Below are positions 38,281 to 51,420 of a stretch of DNA of 64,000 nt, piece by piece. Made by a program: the position numbers and the translations under genes. Under the pieces are notes generated by a model, which was given only the letters and a program-made list of their open reading frames with translations, had not been told where the DNA came from and ran no database searches. The stretch is from Haliotis rubra (taxonomy: Eukaryota). Location: positions 2,666,001 to 2,730,000 of the forward strand of contig NW_025767135.1 in the NCBI RefSeq assembly GCF_003918875.1, given 5' to 3'. The number at the start of each line of letters is the position of its first letter. The stretch's first letter is position 1.

Positions 38281-39339
38281 AATAATAATAATAATAATAG
38301 TTCATTTATAAAGCGCGCATATTTCCATGCACAATGCATGCTCAAAGCGCTGATGTCAGGACGAAAAGGCTTTTTGGAAAAGGTGGGTCTTTAGCGATGT
38401 TCGAAAGGTTGAAAGTTCTGTAATTTCTCTCAAATATTGTGGGAGATGATTCTATTCTGAGGCTGCAGCATAAGAGAAAGTTCTTTGACCAAATTTAACT
38501 GTTCTGACTTTAGGAATGCACAGAAGATTATGTTTCTCGGAGCGGAGGGATCTTGTTGGTTTGTATGGAGAAAGGAGGTCGGACAGATATTGAGGTGCAC
38601 TTCCAGAGAGACATCTGAAGGCGAGAATGCAGAGTTTAAAAGTGATGCGCTGTGGAATGGGCAACCAGTGGAGGTCCTTCAACACAGGGGTGATGTGAGC
38701 TGACTTGGGTGAGAGAGTGACTATTCTTGCTGCTGTGTTCTGAACCCGTTGCAGTCTACCAATCTGGGATTTTGTTGCACCAGCAAAGAGGCTGTTGCAG
38801 TAATCTAGTCTTGTCATCACCAATGAGAGGACAAGGATTTTAGCTGACTCCTTTGTGAGAAGCTTTCGAATGTTTCCAATGTTTGGAGGAGTAGGAAGCA
38901 TGTCCTGCACAAGATGGTAATGTGCTGGTCCAATGACAGCTCAGGATCAACAGTCACGCCAGGGTCCTTAACACTGTTAGATAGTGGAACAGTGGTTTTA
39001 GCCAAAGTGAAGCGACTTGATGTTGGTCTGTTCTCGTGAGGTGTTGTCCCTACCAGAAGACACTCCGTCTTGTCCTCATTTAGCTTCAGCTTGTTGGTGA
39101 ACATCCATGACTTGATCTGGTCACAACACTCTGCCATGTGGTCTGTTGCAGAATGCACGTCAGTTGGATTTGGTTTGAAGCTGTTATGAAGCTGGGTGTC
39201 ATCGGCATACAACTGTCGCGAGACTTGAAACTGGTCAATTAGAGTCCCGAGATCCTTTGTGTATAGTGTGAAAAGGACCGGTCCCAGTACAGATCCCTGA
39301 GGAACACCACATTGGAGATGAACGTTGTCAGAAGAAGAC
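38281..39339 (-). pseudogene. 5'-truncated L2-clade LINE: frameshifted RT and C-terminal region, 3' UTR, (TAT)n tail
   Basis: [59 protein letters not shown]; frameshift near 38900. Confidence 0.95.
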
Positions 39340-39654
39340 ATCTTTCATTGTGAGAAATCTCTACTGAAGGCAGATTCCATTGTACGATTTCAAGTATGCT
39401 ATAAACATGTTTGTCAATTTCTAGTGATGATGTCGGGTGTTCATAAAAGGATGAGCGTATCCTACCCCTCCAATTACCTGTTACAGTGAGACATTTTAGT
39501 GGATGTATCTCACTGTATTTCTGACTCTTAGATGTTTTGTCATTTTGGGACACAATGAGGTAGTTATCACAAGAGTTACTTTTCCAATTTCAAGATATCG
39601 TCCTAATATGACTTTGGTCACAAGGAGACATTTGTTTTAAACAGACAGCTGACT

Positions 39655-39990
39655 ACTAGAGTGAGACATTTGACATAATGAGACATCTGTCATAGTGAGA
39701 CATCTTTCATAGTGAGACATCTTTCATAGTGAAACATTTGTCATAGTGAGACATTTGTCATAATGAGACATTTGTCACAATGAGACATCTTTCATTGTGA
39801 GACATCTTTCATAGTGAGACATTGGTCATGAAACATTTGTCACAATGAGACATCTTTCATAGTGAGACATTTGTCATAATGAGATATCTATTACAGTATG
39901 TAAGACATCAGCTGCACTTTGACATCTATTACAGCAAGACATGTGATACAGTGAGATGTCTACCCTGCTGAGACATTTGTCATAATGACC
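39655..39990. repeat. 17-bp minisatellite (gtgagacatttgtcata)
   Basis: Tandem periodicity; decayed relatives flank both sides of the L2. Confidence 0.88.
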
Positions 39991-40553
39991 AGTAGGCTAG
40001 TTGTGACAGTTTCATGTCCCATACATGTGCTGAGCCCTTTTTGGGTGTCACTGTCTATAGTGTAGAGGGCATATAACAAAGATTAGTCTAAAACCACCCA
40101 CACATTGAAAAATGACATATTTGAAACATTGCATTTTTGTATACATGTACTCACTGATGAAAACTCTTTGCATGACTTTCCCAACACGAAAGTGAAAGTT
40201 GTCTTATGAAAAACATAGGATAAATGACAGACAGACATTGACAGGATATACTTGAAGACAGGATAAGAATCAATGTCATGAATGACTTGGCGTCATAAAT
40301 CATTCAGTGTCATCGCTGATTCAATGTTTTGAATTTATTAATCCCAGTGGATATCAAAAGAAGAATAAGTTGTCATGCAGGACAATGTCGTAACGTTATG
40401 TTTCATGCACGGCTGAGTAATCTTTGCTGTTGTCTTCCTTCAGGGACCATATCACCAAACACTGCCTTGCATGATCAAGATTCAGTTTAATACAGACTGT
40501 ATCTGTATATTGATGGCTTTAATGTACATTCACTCATCTCATTTAATGAAAAA

Positions 40554-40720
40554 GGGGCGATGGGGTAGCCTAATGGTTAAAGCGTTGGCTCGTCACGCCG
40601 AAGACCAGGGTTAGAATCCCCACATGGGTACAATGTGTGAAGGCCATTTTCTGGTGTCCCCCGCTGTGATGTTGCTGGAATATTGCTAAAAGCGGCGTAA
40701 AACCAAACTCAGTCAGTCAG
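40554..40720 (+). mobile_element. SINE family A, (AGTC)n tail
   Basis: TSD TAATGAAAAA 40544-40553 and 40721-40730. Confidence 0.93.
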
Positions 40721-41488
40721 TAATGAAAAAAATTCTTTTTCAAAATTACATTTTAATATTTTGAGATGCCCCCTATAATGGCCAGTAGTCAGAGCCAAGG
40801 CTGAAGGTAGTGGTGACTTCATGGTAGCATGATCAAAGCACATTACCCTTTGACCAGTAGTGGACACCCCTCCCACCCCGTCCCCACAGTGTCTGATTGG
40901 TTGATTGCTGTCCACTTAAGATTTATGTCTAGCTTCAGGTATTGTCAGTAAGTAGTGCATATACAGCTAAGTGCCGATCAGACTGGACACTCGTCCATAT
41001 CAGATAAAAACTGGACACAGTTGGGAAGTTATACAGTTTAATATCTTCACTTTAGTTAATGGCATATTTCTTCCATGAGACACAAATAATATTTATTATA
41101 TGAATCAGACAGACATTAACAGGAATTCAATACTGATAATATCATTTGTATCTTTCTAGGGAATATCCATGTTAGCTTCACCAGAGTTAATGGGTGATTG
41201 TTGTGATTGTCCTATATTTGTTCCCCTTCAGCAAAACTTCAGCTATCAACTCCCACATATTTCCTGAGCTAGTTGGGAAGCCATATACTTAACCTCTCTG
41301 AGTTCTTCTTGGAATCTGATGAAACGATGGTGCATATCTGTAGGAAATATCTTGTTTTGTTGATATATATATTTTATATTAGGCTGTTCCAGACATGATG
41401 ACTGTGCCAGCATATCTCTGGCCATCAGAGTCATTTAAAGTCCTTCACAGTCCACCACAAATAAATAAACAGAGACAATTGATGTAGA

Positions 41489-41712
41489 TTTTGTTTGTGT
41501 CTTGTTTAACTCCACACTCTGCAATATTCCAGCTAGTGATGACAGTCCAAGACTGGGCCATACAATACAGAGATCGATATCATGAGCATCAATCTGCTCA
41601 TTTGGGATACAATGACTTCCATCAACCAAGTCAGTGTGCCTGATCCCGTCAGTCGCCTCTTATGACAAGGATGGGTTGCTGAAGACCAATTCTAACCGGG
41701 ATCTTCACGGGT
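41489..41712 (-). mobile_element. Retroposon family B, diverged
   Basis: Ends in gaagaccaattctaaccgggatcttcacgggt. Confidence 0.85.
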
Positions 41713-41854
41713 TGTGGTTACTACCGGCAGAGCAGAACATGTTTACAATTTTTGCAAACACCTGGTGTCTTAACCATGACTGACTTTCAGTGATCCATTT
41801 TATCACCATTTGCTTGTTTAAACAACAAAAATCAAGACCTTTTATTCTCTAACA

Positions 41855-42013
41855 ACCATCCATCTGTCCATCCATCCACCCATTGATTCCATCCCTCCAT
41901 CCATCTGTCCATCCTTCATCCTCCATCCATCCAATTACCCATCTACCACCCTGTCCACCCATTCCATCCATCTGTCCATCCATCCACTGTCCATCCATCC
42001 ATCCAAACCATCC
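41855..42013. repeat. (CCAT)n-like microsatellite abutting gap
   Basis: Tetranucleotide periodicity. Confidence 0.9.
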
Positions 42014-43196
42014 NNNNNNNNNNNNNNNNNNNNNNNNNNNNNNNNNNNNNNNNNNNNNNNNNNNNNNNNNNNNNNNNNNNNNNNNNNNNNNNNNNNNNNN
42101 NNNNNNNNNNNNNNNNNNNNNNNNNNNNNNNNNNNNNNNNNNNNNNNNNNNNNNNNNNNNNNNNNNNNNNNNNNNNNNNNNNNNNNNNNNNNNNNNNNNN
42201 NNNNNNNNNNNNNNNNNNNNNNNNNNNNNNNNNNNNNNNNNNNNNNNNNNNNNNNNNNNNNNNNNNNNNNNNNNNNNACTCACAAATTCTTGCACCAATA
42301 GCTTAAAATGTGTGTCTTGGCTAAAAGGTCACCATGCCCTTTTGTATTGACACTCATGCTGTTGACCACTGGTTTGCCATGCCATTAACCAGTAACTGGT
42401 ATACTGCTGATGCAGCTGAAAAAAACACTTTATTTATTAACCCCTTGTCCCCTATCCATGCCCACCCATTACCAAAACCATGATGAGATCAGTATTCAAA
42501 ACTGTCAACAGCATTAACCCTGTCACTTTTATGAATACAATCGAAATTGTTACAGTGCCACTTGTAACATATTGCTAATATCCAACCTGAAAGGGTCCCA
42601 CTTTATGTACTCCCAACCCCTTGTAATACCCCCAGGGGGGTCTGTTGAACATGCCCCCTTGTTCAAATGATAGCCCTCCTTCATGAAACTTTTAGCACCT
42701 TTTAAGTCATTTTGTAGTTGACAGAGATTAGGCTTTAATTTACCATTCCCAGGTCAGGTTCTCGCCTTACTGAACAAGAGGTGCTTAAGGTCAGGTCACG
42801 AGTTTACAAGGGATGGGGTGATGGTATTAGGGAGTAGACTCCATACTGAAGGAGTTGCTGGGCCCAGATCAGGGGTTCACACCAGGTGGCGCTTTAATGC
42901 CCTGGGGTCATGTGACATATGATTAAGGGATCAGTTGACTATGGAGGAAGAGATGAAGTAGTTAGAGATGAAAACAGCATCTTTTCAGTGTTTGAGGATG
43001 TTCGTTGTGGACACTGGATATGAAGGCCAATGATTGCTGTGATCATGCAGGTTTCACGTTTATGAATATGATTAAAAGATCAACTGTCAGGGTGATGTTT
43101 TTGGTATATCTGTTTGCAATCTATCCAACAGAAGGATATGGGATATCTTCCTGAATTATGTCTTTATCATTCATTAAAATGATGTTCCATTCCCCA

Positions 43197-43490
43197 GGGC
43201 CTAGATTTTCGACTGACTGACTGACTGACTGACTGACTTACTGAGTTTGGTTTTACGCCGCTTTTAGCAATATTCCAGCAACATCACGGCGGGGGACACC
43301 AGAAATGGGCCTCACCCATGTGGGGATTCGAACCCGAGTCTTCGGTGTGAGCCAGCCGCTTTAACCATTAGGCTACCCATCGCCCTCTAGATTTTCGAAG
43401 CTCTCTTAGCGTTAAGATAGTCGTAAGTGCCATACCTTAACATTAACTTACGACTATCTTAGCGCTAAGAGATCTTCGAAAATCTAGGCC
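43197..43490. mobile_element. Palindromic Harbinger-like MITE interrupted by SINE A
   Basis: CAG|GGCCTAGATTTTCGA..TCGAAAATCTAGGCC|CAG. Confidence 0.87.
43213..43386 (-). mobile_element. SINE family A, (AGTC)n tail, inserted in MITE TIR
   Basis: TSD CTAGATTTTCGA 43201-43212 and 43387-43398. Confidence 0.92.
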
Positions 43491-43810
43491 CAGGTTGTCT
43501 TGTCCAATGCATTGAGGATATCGTATTTTTGGTTCATCTATGTAACTTATGAGACAAATATGATTTGCATTTAACTAATTTCCTTGTTGATATGCCAAGT
43601 AGTAGGAGATAAAATATTATAATTTTGGTTAGGGTTAATTTACCTTGAAATATAGGTTTACAAAAATAAACATGAGTCCTAACACAACTTTGATTAAGTA
43701 GACAACAATTTCTAGCACCCTTTTTTCTGAAAAATAAAGCAATAGGTTGGTATAGTTCCTTATACCTTAAGCATCTCTGCTTGACATTGGTAGGATCTAT
43801 ACAGAAAGAG

Positions 43811-44797
43811 GTTGTCCCCCGCCGCAACGCGGAACGGGGGACTATGTATTCAGCGGCGTACGGCCGTACGTACATCCCGATTCTTGTTAACGCGATATCT
43901 GATGATCTGTTGTACCCAATGTTCAAATTTGGTGACAGCCTACATTGGGAGATATCGATTTGGGTGATGAACTGTTGTACCCAATGTCTTCTCATGAAAT
44001 TTGGGTTATGCAGACACCAGTCGATTTGGGTGACCGTGACCTTATTTTCAAGGTCACCACGACACTTTGACCACTTTTCAAACTCTTGTTAACGCGATAT
44101 CTCATGAACTGTTGTACCCAATGTCTTCAAATTTGGTGACAGCCTACATTGGGAGATTATGCAGACACCAGTCGATTTGGGTGACCTTGACCTTATTTTC
44201 AAGGTCACCACGACACTTTGACCACTTTTTTCAAAGCTCATTATACCCAATGTCTTCTTCAAATTTGGTGATATCTGGGAGATTATGAACTGTTGTACCC
44301 AATGTCTTCAAATTTGGTGACAGTCTTCACATTGGGGCCTACATTGGGAGTTTATGCAGACACCAGTCGATTTGGGTGACCTTGACCTTATTTTCAAGGT
44401 CACCACGACACTTTGACCACTTTTCAAACTCTTGTTAACGCGATATCTCATGAAATGTTGTACCCAATGTCTTCAAATTTGGTGACAGCCTACATTGGGA
44501 GATTATGCAGACACCAGTCGATTCGGGTGACCTTGACCTTATTTTCAAGGTCACCATGACACTTTGAACACTTATCTTCAAGGTCACCACAATACTTTGA
44601 CCACTTTTTAAAGATGATATCTCATAAAACATTGCACCCAATGTTTTCAAGTATGTTGACAGCCTACATCGGGTGATTATGCAGACACCAGTCATTTCAG
44701 GCATCTTGTATGTGACCCCAAAATAAAAAGTAGTAAATATAGATATTCCATTCCTTAGCGGCGGGGGACATTGCCATATCAGTGGCAAACACTTGTT
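43811..44797 (+). mobile_element. Second HINE/Helentron copy with expanded (~5 units, partly scrambled) 151-bp array
   Basis: Same termini as 35929; 3' hairpin ttgccatatcagtggcaa. Confidence 0.87.
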
Positions 44798-44861
44798 ATA
44801 ATTTTTTTTTTGTGTGTATTTTGTTGAAATAGCTGTGGAACATGTGTTTAGTTAAGTTAAA

Positions 44862-45420
44862 AGCACTGTAATCACCACAGCACTGTAATCACCACAGCAC
44901 AGTAATCACCACAGCACAGCACTGTAATCACCACAGCACAGCACTGTAATCACAGCACAGCACAGCACTGTAATCACCAATCACCACAGCACCACAGCAC
45001 TGTAATCACCACAGCACAGCACTGTAATCACCACAGCACAGCACTGTTATCACCACAGCACCACAGCACAGCACAGCACAGCACTGTAATCAGCACAGCA
45101 CTGTAATCACCACAGCACAGCACTGTAATCACCACAGCACAGCACTGTTATCACCACAGCACAGCAAGCACCAGCACTGTAATCAGCACAGCACTGCACC
45201 AATCATACAGCACAGCACTGGCACAGCACCACAGCACACACAATCACAGCACACAGCACAGCACTGTAATCACCACAGCACAGCACAGCACAGCACTGTA
45301 ATCACCACAGCACAGCACAGCACAGCACTGTAATCATCACCAGAGCACAGCACTGTAATCACCACAGCACAGCACTGTAACCACCACAGCACAGCACTGT
45401 AATCAGCACAGCACTGTAAT
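44862..45420. repeat. 17/22-bp minisatellite (cacagcactgtaatcac)
   Basis: Tandem periodicity. Confidence 0.93.
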
Positions 45421-45879
45421 AGTACAGTATATTATTGTAAGGGGCTGTACTATGTCCCCTATACTTAGGGTGTGACATATTATGCAGTGAGAATATATGT
45501 CTAATTAATCTTTCAGATGATGGTGTTGAAAGATATGTTATTTTCTTTTTATCACAATTAATTCATGTTTTTTGTTGACATTCATTGACTTAAAATCCTC
45601 TGTTGACAGTATTATGTGATGATTAACGTGGTCTGTGATTGATCAGTTACATTAGAACAATAAGATGATCCATCACAAGTACTCGTATGTTTGAGGTTGA
45701 TATATTTTTATGTTGAGCATTTTTTCAAAAGTTCATTCATTAATTCTATGAATGATCAAGATTAAATCAAATATTCTCAATTGTAAGTTAAAGTGGAAAG
45801 TTTTTAAAACTGATCAAAATTTGCATTTTTTCAATCTATCCAATATCATTGGGACAGTGGGGTAACCTGGGGTTTCTTC

Positions 45880-46251
45880 ACTCACTCACTCACTCACCCA
45901 CTCACTCACTCACTACTGGCAAAGACATATCCACTTAAATCCACTCACTCGCTCACTCACTCACTCACTCACTACTGGCAAAGACATATCCACTTAAATC
46001 CTCTCACTCACTCACTCACTCACTACTGGCAAAGACATATCCACTTAAATCCACTCACTCACTCACTCACCCACTCACTACTGGCAAAGACATATCCACT
46101 TAAATCCTCTCACTCACTCACCCACTCACTACTGGCAAAGACATATCCACTTAAATCTACTCACTCACTTACTACTGGCAAAGACATATCCACTTAAATC
46201 TACTCACTCACTCACTCACTTACTACTGGCAAAGACATATCCACTTACATC
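45880..46251. repeat. Compound minisatellite: constant ~30-bp core + variable (ACTC)n, 7 units
   Basis: ctactggcaaagacatatccacttaaatc repeated between ACTC runs. Confidence 0.92.
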
Positions 46252-46669
46252 CGATAAAAAAACATTTCCATACAACAATCACATAGAACATTACCTTGAT
46301 AACATTTTACAAGTATTGATGTCCTGTATGTTGGGTTACCAGCTGTACATAGTGTTATATAAACCCCCCAAATACATCCATTGTGGAAATACTGAACACT
46401 GTTGACCTGGACGGCCGACTTATGTTTTTACACCAACATGCTCAATGAGGGAGGTGAAGAGTGGTGTTGTTGGAGCAGGCTGTCTCCGACACCAACGCTT
46501 GTGTTTGTGTATGTAGGTGGGCTGACTGGAAGTGCTAATACCCTGAAGAAACACCACCCACTCCAGGAGAGTTCACAAAGCCACAACTATAATTGTGTTA
46601 ATATTTTGATGAATTCCTTGCTTGTTTTTGTAGGGCAGTTGTAGGGTCAGACGTCATTACTTGACAGCA

Positions 46670-46905
46670 TGAAACATCAGTGCTAGACTATGTGAAATGT
46701 AAATGTTAGACTAGACTATATGAAACATCCATACTAGACTATGTGAAATGTTGGTGCTAGGCTATATGAAACATCGGTACTAGACTATGTGAAATGTTGG
46801 CACTAGACTATATGAAACATCCATACTAGACTATGTGAAATGTTGGTGCTAGCTATATGAAACATCCATACTAGACTATGTGAAATGTTGGTGCTAGGCT
46901 ATATG
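46670..46905. repeat. Alternating 23-bp dimeric minisatellite
   Basis: tagactatgtgaaatgttggtgc / tagactatatgaaacatccatac. Confidence 0.87.
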
Positions 46906-47168
46906 GCAAAACATGTGTAAATCCATTTTCAGCTTATGTATACTAAGGAAATTAATTCTGATGTTGGTAAAGAATGAATAAAGATTGCTTTACACTGCAT
47001 CCAATTTTCCAGCTATTCACAGCCAGACAGTGGTAATTTCTGCAAATAAATACTTCAACAAATATGCTATACTGTACTCAAAGGTGTATGGTGTTGTCGT
47101 GTAAATTAATTCCAAATTTATGTGTAACCATCTTGTCTAGTAGAGAATATGTATTGTCCAATGAGGGT

Positions 47169-47169
<1 letters not shown>

Positions 47170-47243
<74 letters not shown>

Positions 47244-47435
47244 TTTATTCAATACTCAGAGGCCCCAGGCCTATAGTACAATCTATATTGGCACAATATA
47301 GAACACTTTTTATATGATATTGATAATATGTTTTCATACAATTATGACATACAGACAATGCGCTGTGATTATTCTTTTCTGAGTTTCATAGCGTGATATA
47401 TAAACATAGCAACATGAGAGAATGTGTAACTATTG
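47170..47435 (-). mobile_element. Probable CR1-group LINE 3' end with expanded (TTGA)n tail
   Basis: Minus-strand HVAMFIYHAMKLRKE*, 3' UTR ggcctggggcc..AATAAA then (ATTG)n 47170-47242. Confidence 0.6.
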
Positions 47436-47538
47436 AGTCAAAAACAACCCAAACTAAATGGTAACCATTTTGTGATGTGTCTGGGTAGCCATCTTGTACT
47501 GTACAATCAACAAGTGTACATGTAACCATTTTGTCCAG

Positions 47539-47858
47539 TAATAACAATGGCTATTTCAAAGCGACGGTGTCCACTCACTTGTGCATTCTCAAAGCGCTAA
47601 CATATCTTTAACATGGTTAACACAAGCTGCCTTTGAGGTGCTAGAAGATTGACAGTCATATGACGTATCCCACCGGGTACCCATTCACTGCTGGGTGAAC
47701 AGAGGCAATATTTTAACAAATTCACTTGCCTAGGGTGAGACAACATGTGTCATCTGTGCTTTGTTGTGAGACAGGACTGAAGTCCAAGAAACTCTCAGGA
47801 GTCAAGCTGCTGTCACCCATCCAAGGACTCTCCATGACCAACGTTTCTTCAACTGATT
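47539..47858 (-). mobile_element. Old SINE with 5S-rRNA-like head, CORE-like domain and L2-type tail
   Basis: Minus strand gtccttggatgggtgac (5S box C-like), ctaggcaagtgaa..ctctgttcacccagcagtgaatgggtaccc, gcgctttgag tail. Confidence 0.6.
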
Positions 47859-48425
47859 TGTAACCTAGGCTCTGTGCACAGGACCACACAACACCACAAT
47901 CAACAGTTAGTACAATCAAGATGTGTAGATGCAGACCATCTTGTCCAGCACAACCAACAAATTAATACATGTATGTCACCATTTTATTTCTGTACAAACA
48001 ATGTTTTTAAGGAAATGTATTATTGATCAAAACAAACAAATATTTTACCATCACTCTTAGTTATAGATTATATGATAAATTCTGATATTTGTGGGAAAAT
48101 CAATCAATCAATAAATAAATCTCTCCTAATCCACATTGAGGACATTTTCATTTAACAGTATCAACCTCCAGTGCAGCTAAATCTGCCATGGGTTAATTTG
48201 TCAATGTGATCAAGTTCCTGTTCACATAGGTTAAAGGGTGTACAACGTTGACTAAATAAATTTCAAGTTATTTCATGACATTTGATTGGCTTACCAAGGA
48301 ATTCTTGTGAAACCAACAGTCAAGACCAATTAAAGTTGGCTTTTGTTTCCTTATAGGGTGATAATAGTGGTTGGTTGTGTTATTATCCTGAAAGAGTTAA
48401 TACATTGTTTGTATTTATTGGTTAA

Positions 48426-48750
48426 GGCCAGACCAAGTTTTTTTTCTTGTTTTATGGATTTTTATCCCCAGAAAACCTAAAGGCAGGAGGGAAAAAAATA
48501 AATTAAAAAATCACCAGTCAAAGTAATATTCCTTCTAAATACTCAAAGTATGTTACATTTGGCAATTTTTGAAGTGTATATGGGGCCCCAAAATATCTAA
48601 AAATGATATTTCTTGTATGTTTACATTTTTGGCCAATGAAAACATCAGGATTTTATTTTTTGAGCAGGGAAAATTAATTTTATTTCTTCTTATTTTTTTT
48701 TAAATATGACAGGCGGATCCATAAAACAAAAAAATAAAATTGGTCTGGCC
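48426..48750. mobile_element. MITE with ~30-bp TIR, GGCC termini, TAA flanks (Zator- or PIF/Harbinger-like)
   Basis: TAA|GGCCAGACCAA..TTGTTTTATGGAT / ATCCATAAAACAA..TTGGTCTGGCC|TAA. Confidence 0.85.
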
Positions 48751-50663
48751 TAAATAAGCAGTCTGTGAAATTGACTGTTTTATGTACATGTATAAGGATT
48801 TACTTTAACATATTTCCTGTGTTTAGGGAGGTATAATTGTTAAAAAATGTGGATACTTTGTGTAAATCTGAACAATGGTTTTATCTCTCTGCTGTCATAA
48901 ACCAAAATTATTTAATTCAATTTTTAAAGGGACAATCCTTCTGATGTTTGGTGTTTTCTTAAGACAGTTTTTGCTGTCAATTGCAAGGCCATGTCTTAGT
49001 TTGTCAATAAATAAAGTATTAAGAACTGTTTTGTCTCATGCTTCAACTGCATCATAATAGCTTGTAAATAATTGTCACTGGTTCATAATTTGTTTTCTTG
49101 TTTTATGGAGGACCTTTCAAGCATGAGATGAAAATGGCTTAACCTTACTTGAAATTAGCTAGCGATTAAAGAATAATCTAGTAATAATGTCATGATCTAT
49201 TTCTTTACTCTTTTATGTTTTCATATTCTGTCCAAATGTGTATGCTCAAATTTGATTTTTAACCAGATCTGAATGTCTTCAAATTTCTTCAGAGAAATAA
49301 AATTCATGCAATATTCAGTGTCTTTAGAAGACCTTTGACCTTCTAGATGTTTCAACTTCAAAGATATATTTTAAGGATATGAATTAGTAGCAGAGGGCAT
49401 GATGAGCCGATGAATTATTCATCATCATGCTGAATTTAGAGGGCTCTCTGTAATTATAGAATAAAGGTTACTTGAAACACGACAAAATAGGTTCCTGAAA
49501 CGGAATTAGTCCCTGGAGGGAGCAATGTAAAAGTGTTTAAATAAAACGCCTGGATGTTGGGAGTTTCTTCTAATGGAGCAGATGAAGAGATGGATGATAG
49601 TACGGGGCACATGTGTTGGCTTAGAATACTATCAGCGCCAGGCCAGAAGTTGCCAGGCGGGCTGAGAATGGTGAAATATTGATGAGATTTGGCACCTATG
49701 ACCATTACATAACTGCTGGCATTAATATTTGATCGGGAATAATGTTCCTTGTGTAATGACTCAATCAGGTTTATTTTTTTAGCAAAAGTAGAATAGCTGC
49801 ATTGAGATTTAAATGTCATTATAGTGGAGATGTTTTGGAGAATTCTTGGTCTGGGGATTCAGATTGATTTTGATCTTCCCTGCACACCTGCATCTGGTTC
49901 ATGGTGATAACATTATATTCTAAAAAATATCTAACTGTTTGTTACAAAACAGTTTTTGTTTTCATAATTTTATTTTCATTCATTCATTTGGGTGCATTTG
50001 TTTGGGTTGCATTCATTCATTCATTTGGGGTGCATTTGTCCATCCATCCACAAACCATTCATCATTTTTTTTTACAGTTATGACCCAAATATCTCATTCA
50101 TTCATTCATTCATTCATTTAGGTTGCATTCATTCATTCATTCATTTGGGGTGCATTTGTCCATCCATCCTTCCATTCAATAAGGTTGTCTGTTATGTATA
50201 AACATGCAACACAATCACTACCAGACTGGACACTAGACAACAGCCATGAGCACACTGTCCAGCGGTCAGTGCAATATGAATAATATTACCACAGTCCATT
50301 GTAACAGGTCCATACTTAGACCAGCAGTGTAATATAATGTCATAATGCCCCATGCATGTAGGTCCAGCATGATATCATCTCATTGTACACTTTAAGGTGT
50401 GATGGAGCACATATAGCCAGGAGGTGATATTGATGGGAGTTACATGGTCACAACTATAAATATACTCTATATGGCCTGGCCATGTAATATGCACTTGGCT
50501 TCAAGGCCAATTAGCCAACATGCAGATTGCCCAAACCTGTTTTATTTTAGGATCTAATATTTTTGTCTTAACTAATTAACTTGGTTTTGTTGAAATAAAG
50601 ATAAGTGTTTGTCGGTCAGTGTGCGTTTTTGATATAGCATCAAGTCAATTGGCTGATTGGTTT

Positions 50664-50901
50664 CAGGGCTTGATTTAAGAGATGTTAACCTACTTGCACC
50701 AGGTGCAACCTAAGATAAAAACCTAGTTCCACCAGCCAAATTCCAGTTTTGCTGCTTTTATTGCAATATGTAATGAAAGACATCTAAATTATTTAGATTT
50801 GTATTCAGTTTACCCATTCAAAACTTGAACTGCACCTGGTGCAAGTCAGACTAATATTGGGTTGCACCAGTGCAAGTAACAAAGCACTAAATTGAGCCCT
50901 G
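50664..50901. mobile_element. MITE, CAG..CTG termini, 5-bp TSD (hAT5-like)
   Basis: TIR CAGGGCTTGATTTA / TAAATTGAGCCCTG; TSD GGTTT 50659-50663 and 50902-50906. Confidence 0.85.
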
Positions 50902-51074
50902 GGTTTAGTGGGGAAAATCAAAATACATGTACTAATATGACAAACAGCTATTTGGTTCATTGGTTTAGTGGGGAAAATGTAAATGGTTTTACTGGTTGAC
51001 GTTCAAGACGTTTAGTACTTTCAAAGTATAATTTTTGTTTTAGTTCTGAGAAGACTTTGTTCCCTCGATGACGT

Positions 51075-51420
51075 CCATGATATACCATGGTCTCTTTTCA
51101 CCATGGTAATCCATGATATACCATGGTCTCTTTTCACCATGGTAATCCATGGTACACCATGGTCTCTTTTCACCAGGGTAATCCATGGTACACCATGGTC
51201 TCTATTCACCATGGTAATCCATGGTACACCATGGTCTCTTTTTCCATGGTTGACTATGGTACACCATGGTCTCTTTTTACCATGGTAGACCATGGTTTTA
51301 TTTTACAATGGTAAACTGTGGTGCCATTTACCGGACATGGTAAGCAATGGTATACAGTGGTCAACCATGGTCTGTGAACCATGGTATACCATGATCTTTT
51401 ACATGCTCATTTCAGCTGGG
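51075..51420. repeat. 36-bp ACCATGGT-palindrome-rich tandem array, probably part of a truncated DNA element
   Basis: ccatggtacaccatggtctcttttcaccatggtaat units. Confidence 0.8.

Noticed and set aside
49454-49819. 121-aa minus-strand ORF
   Set aside because: No recognisable domain or splice context.
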